Origin: Candidatus Heimdallarchaeota archaeon
GTDB lineage: Archaea; Asgardarchaeota; Heimdallarchaeia; Heimdallarchaeales; Heimdallarchaeaceae
Length of the DNA stretch: 64,000 nt
Reading direction: 5' to 3'
NCBI GenBank assembly: GCA_016840095.1
Contig: JAEOSZ010000095.1
Coordinates: 46,060-110,059 of the forward strand
Program-made: the position numbers and the translations under genes
Shown here: positions 1 through 8,561 of the stretch, piece by piece
How the letters are laid out: each line of letters opens with the position of its first letter
Position numbering within the stretch: the stretch's first letter is position 1
Notes under the pieces: model-generated
Told to the model about the DNA's origin: nothing
Seen by the model: the letters and a program-made list of their open reading frames with translations, nothing else
The model's database searches: none

Positions 1-460
1 GGTTAATCTTTGCCTTTGCTGAAACCTCAAAATAGATTGTGTTTAATTTCTCTGCATACTTTTCTGCTTCCTCTTTTGTAACTTCTCTAGATTCTTCTAA
101 ATCTAATTTGTTGCCAATAACAATGACAGGAATGTCTCCTACTGTTTGAATTAGTAAATCATGCCAGAAATCTAGTTTGCTAAAGCTCTCTTTTTTAGTG
201 ATGTCAAAAACAAGTGCTGCAACAACTGAACCCATGAAATATGTAGGTAGAACTGGTAGAAACTTCTCTTGAGAACCTGAATCACCTATAATTAATCGAA
301 TATCTTTACCATCTATCATAGTGTTCCAGATTAGAAAATTTGCTCCTAAAGTAGGTTGATGAGTTATTGGGAATGAATCCTGAGCCTGTCTTAAAGCAAT
401 GGATGTTTTCCCAACACCTGGTTCTCCACATAATGAAACCTTATAGCTAATATCAGTCAT
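1..460 (-). CDS. Rab-like small GTPase (Ras superfamily), 3' end runs off the window
   Basis: Not in the ORF track. Manual translation from ATG at 460: MTDISYKVSLCGEPGVGKTS (G1)...QPTLG (G2)...DSGSQEKF (variant G3)...IGNKLDL (G4)...EVSAK (G5). Confidence 0.92.
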   Translation of the reverse strand, partial: MTDISYKVSLCGEPGVGKTSIALRQAQDSFPITHQPTLGANFLIWNTMIDGKDIRLIIGDSGSQEKFLPVLPTYFMGSVVAALVFDITKKESFSKLDFWHDLLIQTVGDIPVIVIGNKLDLEESREVTKEEAEKYAEKLNTIYFEVSAKAKIN

Positions 461-563
461 TGTTTCTTTACTTCTCTATTTACTGCTTTAAAGCATTATT
501 ATAATCCTAAAGTGATAAAAGAAAATGATTTAAACAATAAACTAAAACAGAGGATGACAAAGC

Positions 564-749
564 ATGTCAGAAAGAGAACAATGTGGAGATTTTGAAATCT
601 ATCAAGATGAAGAAGATTGGTGGGTAGTTAAGAATACTATAACCAAAGTGATTATTGGAAAATTCTTGAAAAAAGATGATGCTTTAGAGAAGATTGCAGC
701 TTTTCTGCAAAGTGATGATGAAACTGCTGAAAGTGAATCTGTTTGCTGA
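564..749 (+). CDS. Small acidic peptide (61 aa), candidate RiPP precursor
   Basis: ATG preceded by GAGG. Stop lies 5 nt before the likely ATG of the radical SAM/SPASM gene. Has WW, two Cys and an acidic tail ending SESVC. Confidence 0.6.
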   Translation: MSEREQCGDFEIYQDEEDWWVVKNTITKVIIGKFLKKDDALEKIAAFLQSDDETAESESVC

Positions 750-2194
750 GTAAGATGGAAGCTAAAGATCAAGTTCTTCAGATATTTTTAAAAGAAAATA
801 AGTATATTCTACTAGATAGTTCTACAAGATTGTTTTGGGTTCTTGAACCAACTAAGATTATACAAGAATTAGCTTCAAAGAAGTTGAGTTTTCGTTCTTT
901 AATTGAGTTACTTGCTAAGAATGACGATTTATATTCAAAGGATTTGTATCAGAAACTAATAAAACTCAGAAAGTTTCACTTTTTTAGCTATACAGAAAAT
1001 AACATTCAAACCCCTCCAAGCACTACACAAACTGATATCAATCACATCTACATAAATCCCTCTTCGGATTGCAATCTAGATTGTTGGTTTTGTTATGCCG
1101 ACAATTTAAGGAAGAGAAAATTACCTAGGCTAGATATTGAAAACATATTGAAACTAATTCAGTCTGTATTAGATTACAAAGAAAGGATAAATTCAACTAC
1201 AGCTTTAGGTGTTTCTATTGGTTTTACTGAAGAACTGAACCTGAATTTTACGATTTTTTTGGAAGTTTCTAAATTTATTGAAAAGATGAAAATTAATTAT
1301 AATCATCCAATTTTTCTTTTTATTCCTTCATCAAATTTGTTGGATGTTTCTGATGAATTTATTGAATTTACAAACAATTATAAATTTTTAACAGTCTCCG
1401 TTGATATTGATAATGAAATACAAATTAGTCAAGTTATCAAAAATCTTGGGGAATTCAATAGCGACGTTAAGAAACATCTAATAATACCTTTTCATTCTAG
1501 AACAACCAACCTTGTAAAGCTGTATTCTAGATTTTCTGAACATTTCAACTTAATCTCTTTAAGACCAGTTAGAGTTAGTATAGATTCAAAACATCCTTGG
1601 AGTCAAGAAAACTTTGAGAATTTTAAAGAAGTAATCTCAAGATTCTATCATGATCTCCAAATGCTGAATGATGAAAATCTTCTCTCAATATTTTCTCTTC
1701 TTGGTCCTGTAGATTATTTCTATCGTTATTTTAAGCGAATCATTGAAAGACAAAAACTTAGTGAAAGATGCACAGCTGGAAAGACAGCTTTTGCCATAAA
1801 TTCTTTGCTTGAAGTTTCTCCGTGCTCAAGTTTATTTAGTTGTGAAAAATTGAATGTAAAAATCCATGACTTTCAAGTGGAAAAAGCACTTCAAAGCTTA
1901 ACGAAAAGATTACCAAATTATAAAGAAACTGAATGTTCAACTTGCTACATATCAAGTTTCTGTGGGGGGCCTTGTATGGATTGGCTTGTAAAACAAGAAA
2001 ATCAAAGGATATCAAATCCGAGCAAAATAGAATGTGATTTCAATAAGTATATTGTTGAGGAATCTTTGTCTTTCATAACTAATTTATCAGTGAATAGGCA
2101 AGCTGTTTTTGAAAAAATTGTAAAAAAAAGAGAACTTAGGAATAGGTTGAACTATCCTCTTTCATTCAATAGTTTTTCTGAGTTTTTTAGTTAA
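743..2194 (+). CDS. Radical SAM/SPASM protein with N-terminal RRE-like domain (peptide-maturase type); likely start ATG 755
   Basis: CNLDCWFC (CxxxCxxC). SPASM cysteines CTAGK...PCSS...CSTC...CGGPC...C. N-terminal beta-strand/helix segment resembling an RRE. Confidence 0.85.
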   Translation: MLSKMEAKDQVLQIFLKENKYILLDSSTRLFWVLEPTKIIQELASKKLSFRSLIELLAKNDDLYSKDLYQKLIKLRKFHFFSYTENNIQTPPSTTQTDINHIYINPSSDCNLDCWFCYADNLRKRKLPRLDIENILKLIQSVLDYKERINSTTALGVSIGFTEELNLNFTIFLEVSKFIEKMKINYNHPIFLFIPSSNLLDVSDEFIEFTNNYKFLTVSVDIDNEIQISQVIKNLGEFNSDVKKHLIIPFHSRTTNLVKLYSRFSEHFNLISLRPVRVSIDSKHPWSQENFENFKEVISRFYHDLQMLNDENLLSIFSLLGPVDYFYRYFKRIIERQKLSERCTAGKTAFAINSLLEVSPCSSLFSCEKLNVKIHDFQVEKALQSLTKRLPNYKETECSTCYISSFCGGPCMDWLVKQENQRISNPSKIECDFNKYIVEESLSFITNLSVNRQAVFEKIVKKRELRNRLNYPLSFNSFSEFFS

Positions 2195-2195
2195 A

Positions 2196-2612
2196 CTAGG
2201 TTAAAGGCCAATCTAATAATGTTGGAAAATCATTTGGAGAGAATTCTAACCAACCAGCAGCTCTGAATATGATTAGCAAAAGCCAACTGAATGTAAACCA
2301 GATTAGCATTGCCCCAAATGTAGCATAAATTGCTCTTCTCTCTGAAATTCCTCCTCCTATTACCCATAAAATCAAGCATATGAAGAAGATTATTATTCCA
2401 AAGGTGATTAGATCTGCAGACCCGAAGAAATCTAAATAACCTCTAAAAACCCAAACACATGCTGCTACAACACCTAAGATTAAGTTTAACCAAGCCCATT
2501 TTCTTACTTCTCTTCTAAACATTATTGTGCACATTATTGCTGAAGCAAAATAGAAGAGGAGTGTATTGAAAACTATAGCTAGAATTATATGTACAGTAGG
2601 ATCTAGTGCCAT
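2196..2612 (-). CDS. Hypothetical membrane protein (about 4 TM)
   Basis: Four hydrophobic stretches. Confidence 0.7.
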   Translation of the reverse strand: MALDPTVHIILAIVFNTLLFYFASAIMCTIMFRREVRKWAWLNLILGVVAACVWVFRGYLDFFGSADLITFGIIIFFICLILWVIGGGISERRAIYATFGAMLIWFTFSWLLLIIFRAAGWLEFSPNDFPTLLDWPLT

Positions 2613-2697
2613 GCTCCATGTAAAAACAGCTTACTAAATAAGTTTTATTCTAATATGCGTTAAACTTAACAGTTTGCTTTCAATTGTATATTAACAG

Positions 2698-3831
2698 ATG
2701 TTTGTTCCACCAAGAAAGCACTTCCATCAGCAATTATGCAACATATGCAATCAAGAGAAGACTCTATCTTCTTCACTAGGTATTTGCAAAACATGTCTCA
2801 TAGAATACGAAATAGATTCAGAGAATTCAGTGATACAAACACATGCTCATTCAAGAGAGAAATTTGTACTCCCAATTAATCCACCAAAAGGTGATTCTTT
2901 TTCCTGTGATCTTTGCAACCACAATTGCAGTTTTTCTAGCAATGACCTTAGTTTTTGTGGTTTAAGATATACAAAGGATGATAAATTTATATCTAGGTCT
3001 TCAAAGAACTCTGCAACTCTGGATTTCTACTTTGACCCATTACCATGTAATTGTTGTGCAGCTTGGTTTTGCCCAGCTGGTACTGGTAAAGGGTATCCAG
3101 AGTATGCTTACAAAGAAGGAAAAGAAACTGGCTATTATAACCTTTCAGTCTTCTTCTATGGTTGCTCTTTTAATTGTTTATTCTGCCAAAATAAAAGTCA
3201 TAAGAATGTAAGGATTGCTTCTAAAGTATCAGTAGAAAGACTTAGTACATCTTTTAAAAACAATAAGAAAGTTTCTTGCGTTTGTTTCTTTGGTGGATCT
3301 CCTGAACCACAATTCGTTTATGCTTTAGAAGTGTCAAAGAGAATTCTAGAAATTGCAAAACAGGAGAAAAGAATAGTTAGAATCTGCTGGGAATGGAATG
3401 GTTTTGGCAATCAAAAATATATAGAAAAAGCTGTTCAAATATCTTTGCAATCAGGTGGCAACATTAAATTTGATTTGAAAGCATGGTCTCCTCAAATTCA
3501 CAAAGCACTAACAGGTGTAAATAATAAGAAGGTACTTGAAAATTTTGAATATGTAGCTAAGAATTTTTTTGAAAAACGTCCTGAACTACCCGTTCTTAAT
3601 GCAACTACACTTCTGGTTCCAGGATATATTGATGAGTATGAAGTGGAAAAAATAGCTTCTTTCATTGCAGAACTTGATCCAAATATTCCATACTCACTTC
3701 TAGGTTTTTACCCTCATTTCGAGTTTTCGGATTTACCATTAACTACTCGAGCTATAGCAGAAAGATCTTTAGAAATTGCATCTAGTTATTTGAACAATGT
3801 CAATATTGGAAATAAACATCTACTTCTTTAG
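2698..3831 (+). CDS. Radical SAM protein, PFL-activase-like / AmmeMemoRadiSam-related family
   Basis: GCSFNCLFCQN, FFGGSPEP, KFDLKAW, TLLVPGY, LLGFYP; N-terminal Cys clusters. Confidence 0.85.
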   Translation: MFVPPRKHFHQQLCNICNQEKTLSSSLGICKTCLIEYEIDSENSVIQTHAHSREKFVLPINPPKGDSFSCDLCNHNCSFSSNDLSFCGLRYTKDDKFISRSSKNSATLDFYFDPLPCNCCAAWFCPAGTGKGYPEYAYKEGKETGYYNLSVFFYGCSFNCLFCQNKSHKNVRIASKVSVERLSTSFKNNKKVSCVCFFGGSPEPQFVYALEVSKRILEIAKQEKRIVRICWEWNGFGNQKYIEKAVQISLQSGGNIKFDLKAWSPQIHKALTGVNNKKVLENFEYVAKNFFEKRPELPVLNATTLLVPGYIDEYEVEKIASFIAELDPNIPYSLLGFYPHFEFSDLPLTTRAIAERSLEIASSYLNNVNIGNKHLLL

Positions 3832-3838
3832 CTAAAAA

Positions 3839-4540
3839 TTGGAATTCTTTTTATACTTAGAACCATTAAGAATAATGATGAAATTTTCATTGAAATTTTG
3901 TTTCTTCTTAATTTCAATATTCTTGTTCATCTCTGCGTCTCAAATTCAATCCTCTTTACCAGAAATTAAAGAAGTTGATATAATTCAAACTAGAATTACC
4001 GAAATAAGCTGGCCCTTTGAATCAGAAGTAGAAAGTGATTGGACTATATTTAGTTGTGACATAACTTTTGAAATTATGAATAATAACTCTGGATTTTATG
4101 TCCACGTTGGAGGATTGCCATACTTCATTCCTAGAATAAACGCTAGTTTCGTAGAAACATCATTAGATGTTGGTATAAGTTACGTCTTCGTTACAATCTC
4201 TACAGATATTCTGATTAAGGAAGGCATAGAGAAGAGGAAAACTGGTTTGTCTTTTTATATCTTCAACTATAGAAACTCCACACTAGCATTGGGTAACTAT
4301 ACAATATGGTATGGTGTTAGAAGTGAACCATTTGATTTTGAGTTGGATCCTTTTTATACTATAATAAATGTAACAGAGAATAAAGTGTTAATAACTCATC
4401 AAGGTACAAACGAAACTGTTACTTATCCAGAGGAAGAAACTCCAAGTACGACAAGTAGCTTTCTATCATTCTCGTCGCTTCTTTTATTAAATTGTTTAGT
4501 GATTTTTAGGAAGAGAAACAAATCTAGAAATTTAACTTAA
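3839..4540 (+). CDS. Secreted/surface protein with C-terminal TM anchor and basic tail
   Basis: Signal peptide (MKFSLKFCFFL...); C-terminal TPSTTSS, hydrophobic stretch, then RKRNK. Confidence 0.75.
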   Translation: MEFFLYLEPLRIMMKFSLKFCFFLISIFLFISASQIQSSLPEIKEVDIIQTRITEISWPFESEVESDWTIFSCDITFEIMNNNSGFYVHVGGLPYFIPRINASFVETSLDVGISYVFVTISTDILIKEGIEKRKTGLSFYIFNYRNSTLALGNYTIWYGVRSEPFDFELDPFYTIINVTENKVLITHQGTNETVTYPEEETPSTTSSFLSFSSLLLLNCLVIFRKRNKSRNLT

Positions 4541-4910
4541 GAAAATGACTTTCGCAATGACTCATACAGTCACTGTTTCCGAAATCTATTACAGGAGATG
4601 TATCAACTAATTTACTCAGCACTTTGTAAATTTCACATTCTGTTTTCTTGTTAATAGAAATAGCAATTCCAATAATTTCACAGGATTGATGCATAGTAAT
4701 TTGATCAATATGCCAGTGTTTTTTCTTTAGTCTTCTTAGATGACGATGAATTCGTGAGGATAACCCTCCAGCTCCAAAAGCACTACCTACATAGAAGTAG
4801 AATCCTTTATTTAAAGTTTTTAATTCACTATGTATATTGATAGTAATTTCTTCAGAGGTGTATAGAAAGAGAATATATGTACCCTTTAAATCTTGAGTAA
4901 ACTCTATCAG
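4524..4910 (-). CDS. GIY-YIG (Uri) superfamily nuclease, DUF123 family; non-canonical start (CTG 4910 proposed)
   Basis: Not in the ORF track. Frame reads KGTYILFL...GFYFYVGSAFGAGGLSSRIHRHLRRLKKKHWHID...ECEI...FGNSDCMSHCESHF, with TAG at 4526-4524. Confidence 0.85.
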   Translation of the reverse strand: MIEFTQDLKGTYILFLYTSEEITINIHSELKTLNKGFYFYVGSAFGAGGLSSRIHRHLRRLKKKHWHIDQITMHQSCEIIGIAISINKKTECEIYKVLSKLVDTSPVIDFGNSDCMSHCESHFLKLNF

Positions 4911-4927
4911 GGGTCCTGTGAAAATAC

Positions 4928-5962
4928 TTATCCCTCTTCCAAATCTGTTGCTTTTTCCCAGTATTCAAGTGTTTTTTCTTCATCTCCAAGATCTTCAGAA
5001 ATATCTCCAAGCATTCTATAGATTCTTGCTTCATTCTTATTATGTCGTAATGCATCTTCTAGATATAAGATAGCCTTATCATAGTCTTTTGAAGCCCATG
5101 ATAGAGATGCAAGTGACACTGATGCTTCAAGGAAAGCAGGATCTCTACTCAAACACTCCTCATAGTATCTAATAGCTTCTTCGATATTTGCTATGGAAGC
5201 ATAAATATTTGCCAAATTGAAGAATCCTAGAACATTATCTGGATCAAGTTCAATCACTTTTGAAAACGCATCTATTGCTTGGATGAAATCTTGTTTTGCT
5301 TCCTGGGTTTTTCCAAGATAAAACCATGCTTGAAGATTCTCATCATTAATCTTTGAAACGGTTTGGAAATAATCTTCAGCTCTATCATAGTTATCTAGTT
5401 CGAGATAAGTTTCTCCTATTTGCATGAGAATTTTTTCATTTGTTGGATCAAGTTGTTCTGCTTTCATTAAATTATTCCAACTCTCAATTTCATTTCCCAT
5501 TTTCTTGAAAATAACAGATAATAGACTGTAAACCTCTATATTTTCTTCATATTCAATGAAATTTGAGAAAGCTCTAGTAGCACCAGCATACTCTCCAATC
5601 TCATAATATAAATGACCTATCTTATTCCATAGAAGGTATTTCTTAGGATCTAACTCACATACTTTCTTCCAGGAAATTAGTGCTTGATTCCAGTTCTTTA
5701 AGTTATGATAAACGTCTCCTAGAAGTTCCAATGTTTCAAGATTTTCAGAGTCAATTTCAATTGATTTATTAAGATAATTAAGTGCTAAATCTGGTTTATG
5801 TATTAAATAGTAGATTTTAGCAATAAAATTTAGAAAAGTAATCTCATTTTCATAATACTGTACTTGTTTCTCTAAAAGGTCTATAGCTTCCTCTATTTTG
5901 CTTTCTTCTATCAAACGTTCTGCTTCTGTTAGTATTGCAGATAAATCATTTTCTTCAAACAT
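4928..5962 (-). CDS. Tetratricopeptide repeat protein
   Basis: Successive 34-aa TPR units (e.g. AWFYLGK...AIDAFSKVIELDP). Confidence 0.93.
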   Translation of the reverse strand: MFEENDLSAILTEAERLIEESKIEEAIDLLEKQVQYYENEITFLNFIAKIYYLIHKPDLALNYLNKSIEIDSENLETLELLGDVYHNLKNWNQALISWKKVCELDPKKYLLWNKIGHLYYEIGEYAGATRAFSNFIEYEENIEVYSLLSVIFKKMGNEIESWNNLMKAEQLDPTNEKILMQIGETYLELDNYDRAEDYFQTVSKINDENLQAWFYLGKTQEAKQDFIQAIDAFSKVIELDPDNVLGFFNLANIYASIANIEEAIRYYEECLSRDPAFLEASVSLASLSWASKDYDKAILYLEDALRHNKNEARIYRMLGDISEDLGDEEKTLEYWEKATDLEEG

Positions 5963-6066
5963 TAATATCCAAACAGAAATCTTTCCTTAAGAACATTACG
6001 AAATAATGTTAATTCTAAAGGAAAGTAAAGAAAATTTTAAGTTAAACGTTAGAATTAGTATAGTAG

Positions 6067-6963
6067 ATGTTTCAGGTTATTGTAAGAAGAGATGATAAAT
6101 TTGGATATCAAATCTTAAAATCAGATGTTCCTAAAGAACTATCAAAAGATTCAATTGTCTACATGCCTGAATTATCTACAAAACAGCAACCCCATATAAA
6201 ATATAGCTCTAAATATACTCATACAACTGGGCACGTAATAATAAAACTAGTTAGAAGTGATGGTGATGATCCATTTGGAAGACCAAAATCACTAGCTCAT
6301 AGTTTAGTAATACCTTCTGAAGAATATAACTTGAATTCTCTTCTGTATTATACTTCTCCACTATACCAGACACAATTATTCGATAATATTGAAGTAGATC
6401 AAGAAATGTTATCTCAGAATATTTTTAAGAGCAGCGAAAACGAAATTCTTGAAAAAGTTGGTATATCTCAACTCAGAGAGATAATTGTGGCTGCAATGAC
6501 AGAACAAAAAGTCACTATATTGCCAAATTTAGATGAAAAAGGGATTTTTGAGCTTTTCAGCTTAATTGATAAGTCAATACCTTTTGAAGCATCATATGAT
6601 TTTTCTCTTATTAGTTACTCTGATAGAAGTTGCAACAAATTCCTTGTTCATAACATTGTTTACTTATTGGGAAAAGAACAAAAAATAAGGAGTATTGTAA
6701 GTTTAAAGAATGTAAGTACTAAAGTTCGAAAAATAGCTAAAGAAGAAGCGACATATTTAGACAACTTCATTGAAATGATTGTTCAAGAAAATTACGAAGA
6801 ACTACTAGAAGAACACGCAAAATGGATAATAGGAAAGTATCATAACGATCATAAAGATTTACAAAAGATGTTTACAAGAAGATATCAATTAGATATGCCT
6901 TTTTCAAGAAGAAACAAATTTCATGCACGACTTGTTCAATCTTTATCCAGTTATGAAAACTAA
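6067..6963 (+). CDS. Hypothetical protein, DENN-like / GAP1-N-like
   Basis: N-terminal DPFGRPKSLAHSLVIP motif; central IIVAAMTEQKVTIL...IPF pattern reminiscent of cDENN. Confidence 0.45.
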   Translation: MFQVIVRRDDKFGYQILKSDVPKELSKDSIVYMPELSTKQQPHIKYSSKYTHTTGHVIIKLVRSDGDDPFGRPKSLAHSLVIPSEEYNLNSLLYYTSPLYQTQLFDNIEVDQEMLSQNIFKSSENEILEKVGISQLREIIVAAMTEQKVTILPNLDEKGIFELFSLIDKSIPFEASYDFSLISYSDRSCNKFLVHNIVYLLGKEQKIRSIVSLKNVSTKVRKIAKEEATYLDNFIEMIVQENYEELLEEHAKWIIGKYHNDHKDLQKMFTRRYQLDMPFSRRNKFHARLVQSLSSYEN

Positions 6964-7025
6964 CAAATATAAAATAAAAGAAAAAGTCAAGAATTTGATT
7001 CTAACAGTTAGTAGATTTTGATTTA

Positions 7026-7442
7026 TCAACTTGAATACTTGGCACGTACTACTTCAAATACTTCCTTGCATTTTTCTTCAGTTAAGTTAGAAATTGCACA
7101 TTCCATATTCTCAGAAATTCTATTTATGAGTTCTTTTAGTTTAGTTTTGAGCTCTTCAACTGATAAACTTGAATATAGGTATTTGAAACCACCTCTTTCA
7201 AGATTTATTTTTGTTTTTCTGACAATCCCAATTCCAATTAATCTTTGAATTGATCTTGAAATTGTAGCTCTATCCTTCGGAATAATATCAGTTATTGTTT
7301 TGATATCAGCGGGTTGCATGTTTTTTATACACATCATGATTTCAATTTCATTTTCAGAGAGTGCATAAGCTGCTTTTATGATATCAAAGCAAGTGACATC
7401 TTTAGAATCAAAAGAAGAAAGAGGAAAGGACATTTTAATCAA
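7026..7442 (-). CDS. Winged-helix transcriptional regulator (TrmB/MarR-like)
   Basis: LSENEIEI...DRATISRSIQRLIGIGIVRK...GGFKYLY. Confidence 0.88.
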   Translation of the reverse strand: MIKMSFPLSSFDSKDVTCFDIIKAAYALSENEIEIMMCIKNMQPADIKTITDIIPKDRATISRSIQRLIGIGIVRKTKINLERGGFKYLYSSLSVEELKTKLKELINRISENMECAISNLTEEKCKEVFEVVRAKYSS

Positions 7443-7443
7443 C

Positions 7444-7812
7444 TCAGAAACAGTAGTTTAAGTCGGCCTCTAAAGACTCTGTAATAGCGTACATTCCACC
7501 AACTATGTCGTCGACTTCATCTATGAAATCTTCACGTGTTAATCCATATCTTTCCAGAGTAGGACTACAGACAAAAATCTTAACTCCAAATTCCTTTACT
7601 TCTTGAATCATCTCTAAGAATGATTTCTTACCTACACCAGGTGTAATTCTTTCTGCGTTTCCTTTTTTGAGAAGCAGACCACCCGACATGGTATAAACCA
7701 TCTGAACATCAGCATCTAGTGCAGCAGATAATGTTGCTAAATGAAGAGGGGTTTCTAACCTATCAGGATAGTCCTCTCCAAATGTTACCATTATCATGAT
7801 TTTGTGTGACAT
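7444..7812 (-). CDS. DsrE family sulfur-relay protein
   Basis: GVKIFVCSPT motif, 122 aa, operon context. Confidence 0.85.
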   Translation of the reverse strand: MSHKIMIMVTFGEDYPDRLETPLHLATLSAALDADVQMVYTMSGGLLLKKGNAERITPGVGKKSFLEMIQEVKEFGVKIFVCSPTLERYGLTREDFIDEVDDIVGGMYAITESLEADLNYCF

Positions 7813-7824
7813 GTTGAATCTCCC

Positions 7825-8298
7825 CTAGATATAGAGTGTGATTTCTGCTTTAGATGCGAATTCTAAGAAAGTTGCTGCACCACCAGGTGTACAATCTTCA
7901 ATAAGATCCTTATCTTTAATTTTCATAACTGCTTTTGTCATTTCACAAGCTATTAGTTGTACTCCAGATTCTATGGCTATATCCATTAGCTCTTGAAGAG
8001 TAGCTACATTTGCTTTCTTCATCCAACTCTTCATCATTTTGGTTGCCATACCTGTCATTCCAGGTAACATTCCAACGATTTGAGGGATTGGCATTGGCAT
8101 TGCAGTTTCTCCAGCAGGAGTGATTTTTATTTTCTTTAATTTCTTCTTCTTCAGTAGGTTCAAACCGAAGAAAGTGAAGAAGATTCCTACTTCATAATCC
8201 ATAGCTGCAGCTGTTGTAGCCAATAGTAATGGTGGATATGCTCCAGGTATATCAGCTTTTGAAGCTATTATAGCTAATCTTTTCTTTTTTTCAGACAT
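7825..8298 (-). CDS. DsrE/DsrF/DrsH-like (DsrE2) protein
   Basis: AYPPLLLATTAAAM, IFFTFFGL, LIACEMT, GAATFL. Confidence 0.9.
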   Translation of the reverse strand: MSEKKKRLAIIASKADIPGAYPPLLLATTAAAMDYEVGIFFTFFGLNLLKKKKLKKIKITPAGETAMPMPIPQIVGMLPGMTGMATKMMKSWMKKANVATLQELMDIAIESGVQLIACEMTKAVMKIKDKDLIEDCTPGGAATFLEFASKAEITLYI

Positions 8299-8311
8299 AT
8301 TTATTCCTCGT

Positions 8312-8560
8312 TTATTTTGTTTTTTTAATTACATAACGAAATATTCCGTTATCAACGGATTGATCCGCTAATTCGTGTCCAGTTGAATTGGTCCATGCTT
8401 TGAAATCTGCAACAGATCCTGGATCAGTAGCAACAACTTCTAGGTACTCCCCAACTGCTATTTCTCCAATTGCTTTCTTTGTTCTTAAAATTGGGAGAGG
8501 ACAACTTAGATTTTTTGCGTCAAGTGTTTTTGCGATTTTTATATCAGACATTTTTTTCAC
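8312..8560 (-). CDS. tusA: Sulfurtransferase TusA family protein
   Basis: LDAKNLSCPLPILRTKKA...ATDPGS. Confidence 0.93.
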   Translation of the reverse strand: MKKMSDIKIAKTLDAKNLSCPLPILRTKKAIGEIAVGEYLEVVATDPGSVADFKAWTNSTGHELADQSVDNGIFRYVIKKTK

Positions 8561-8561
8561 C

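Noticed and set aside
747-749. Selenocysteine readthrough of the TGA after Cys in the 61-aa peptide
   Set aside because: Only 13 more codons follow, inside the next gene, and no SECIS was recognised.
4852-5055. 67-aa ORF in the track
   Set aside because: Out-of-frame overlap with the TPR and DUF123 genes.
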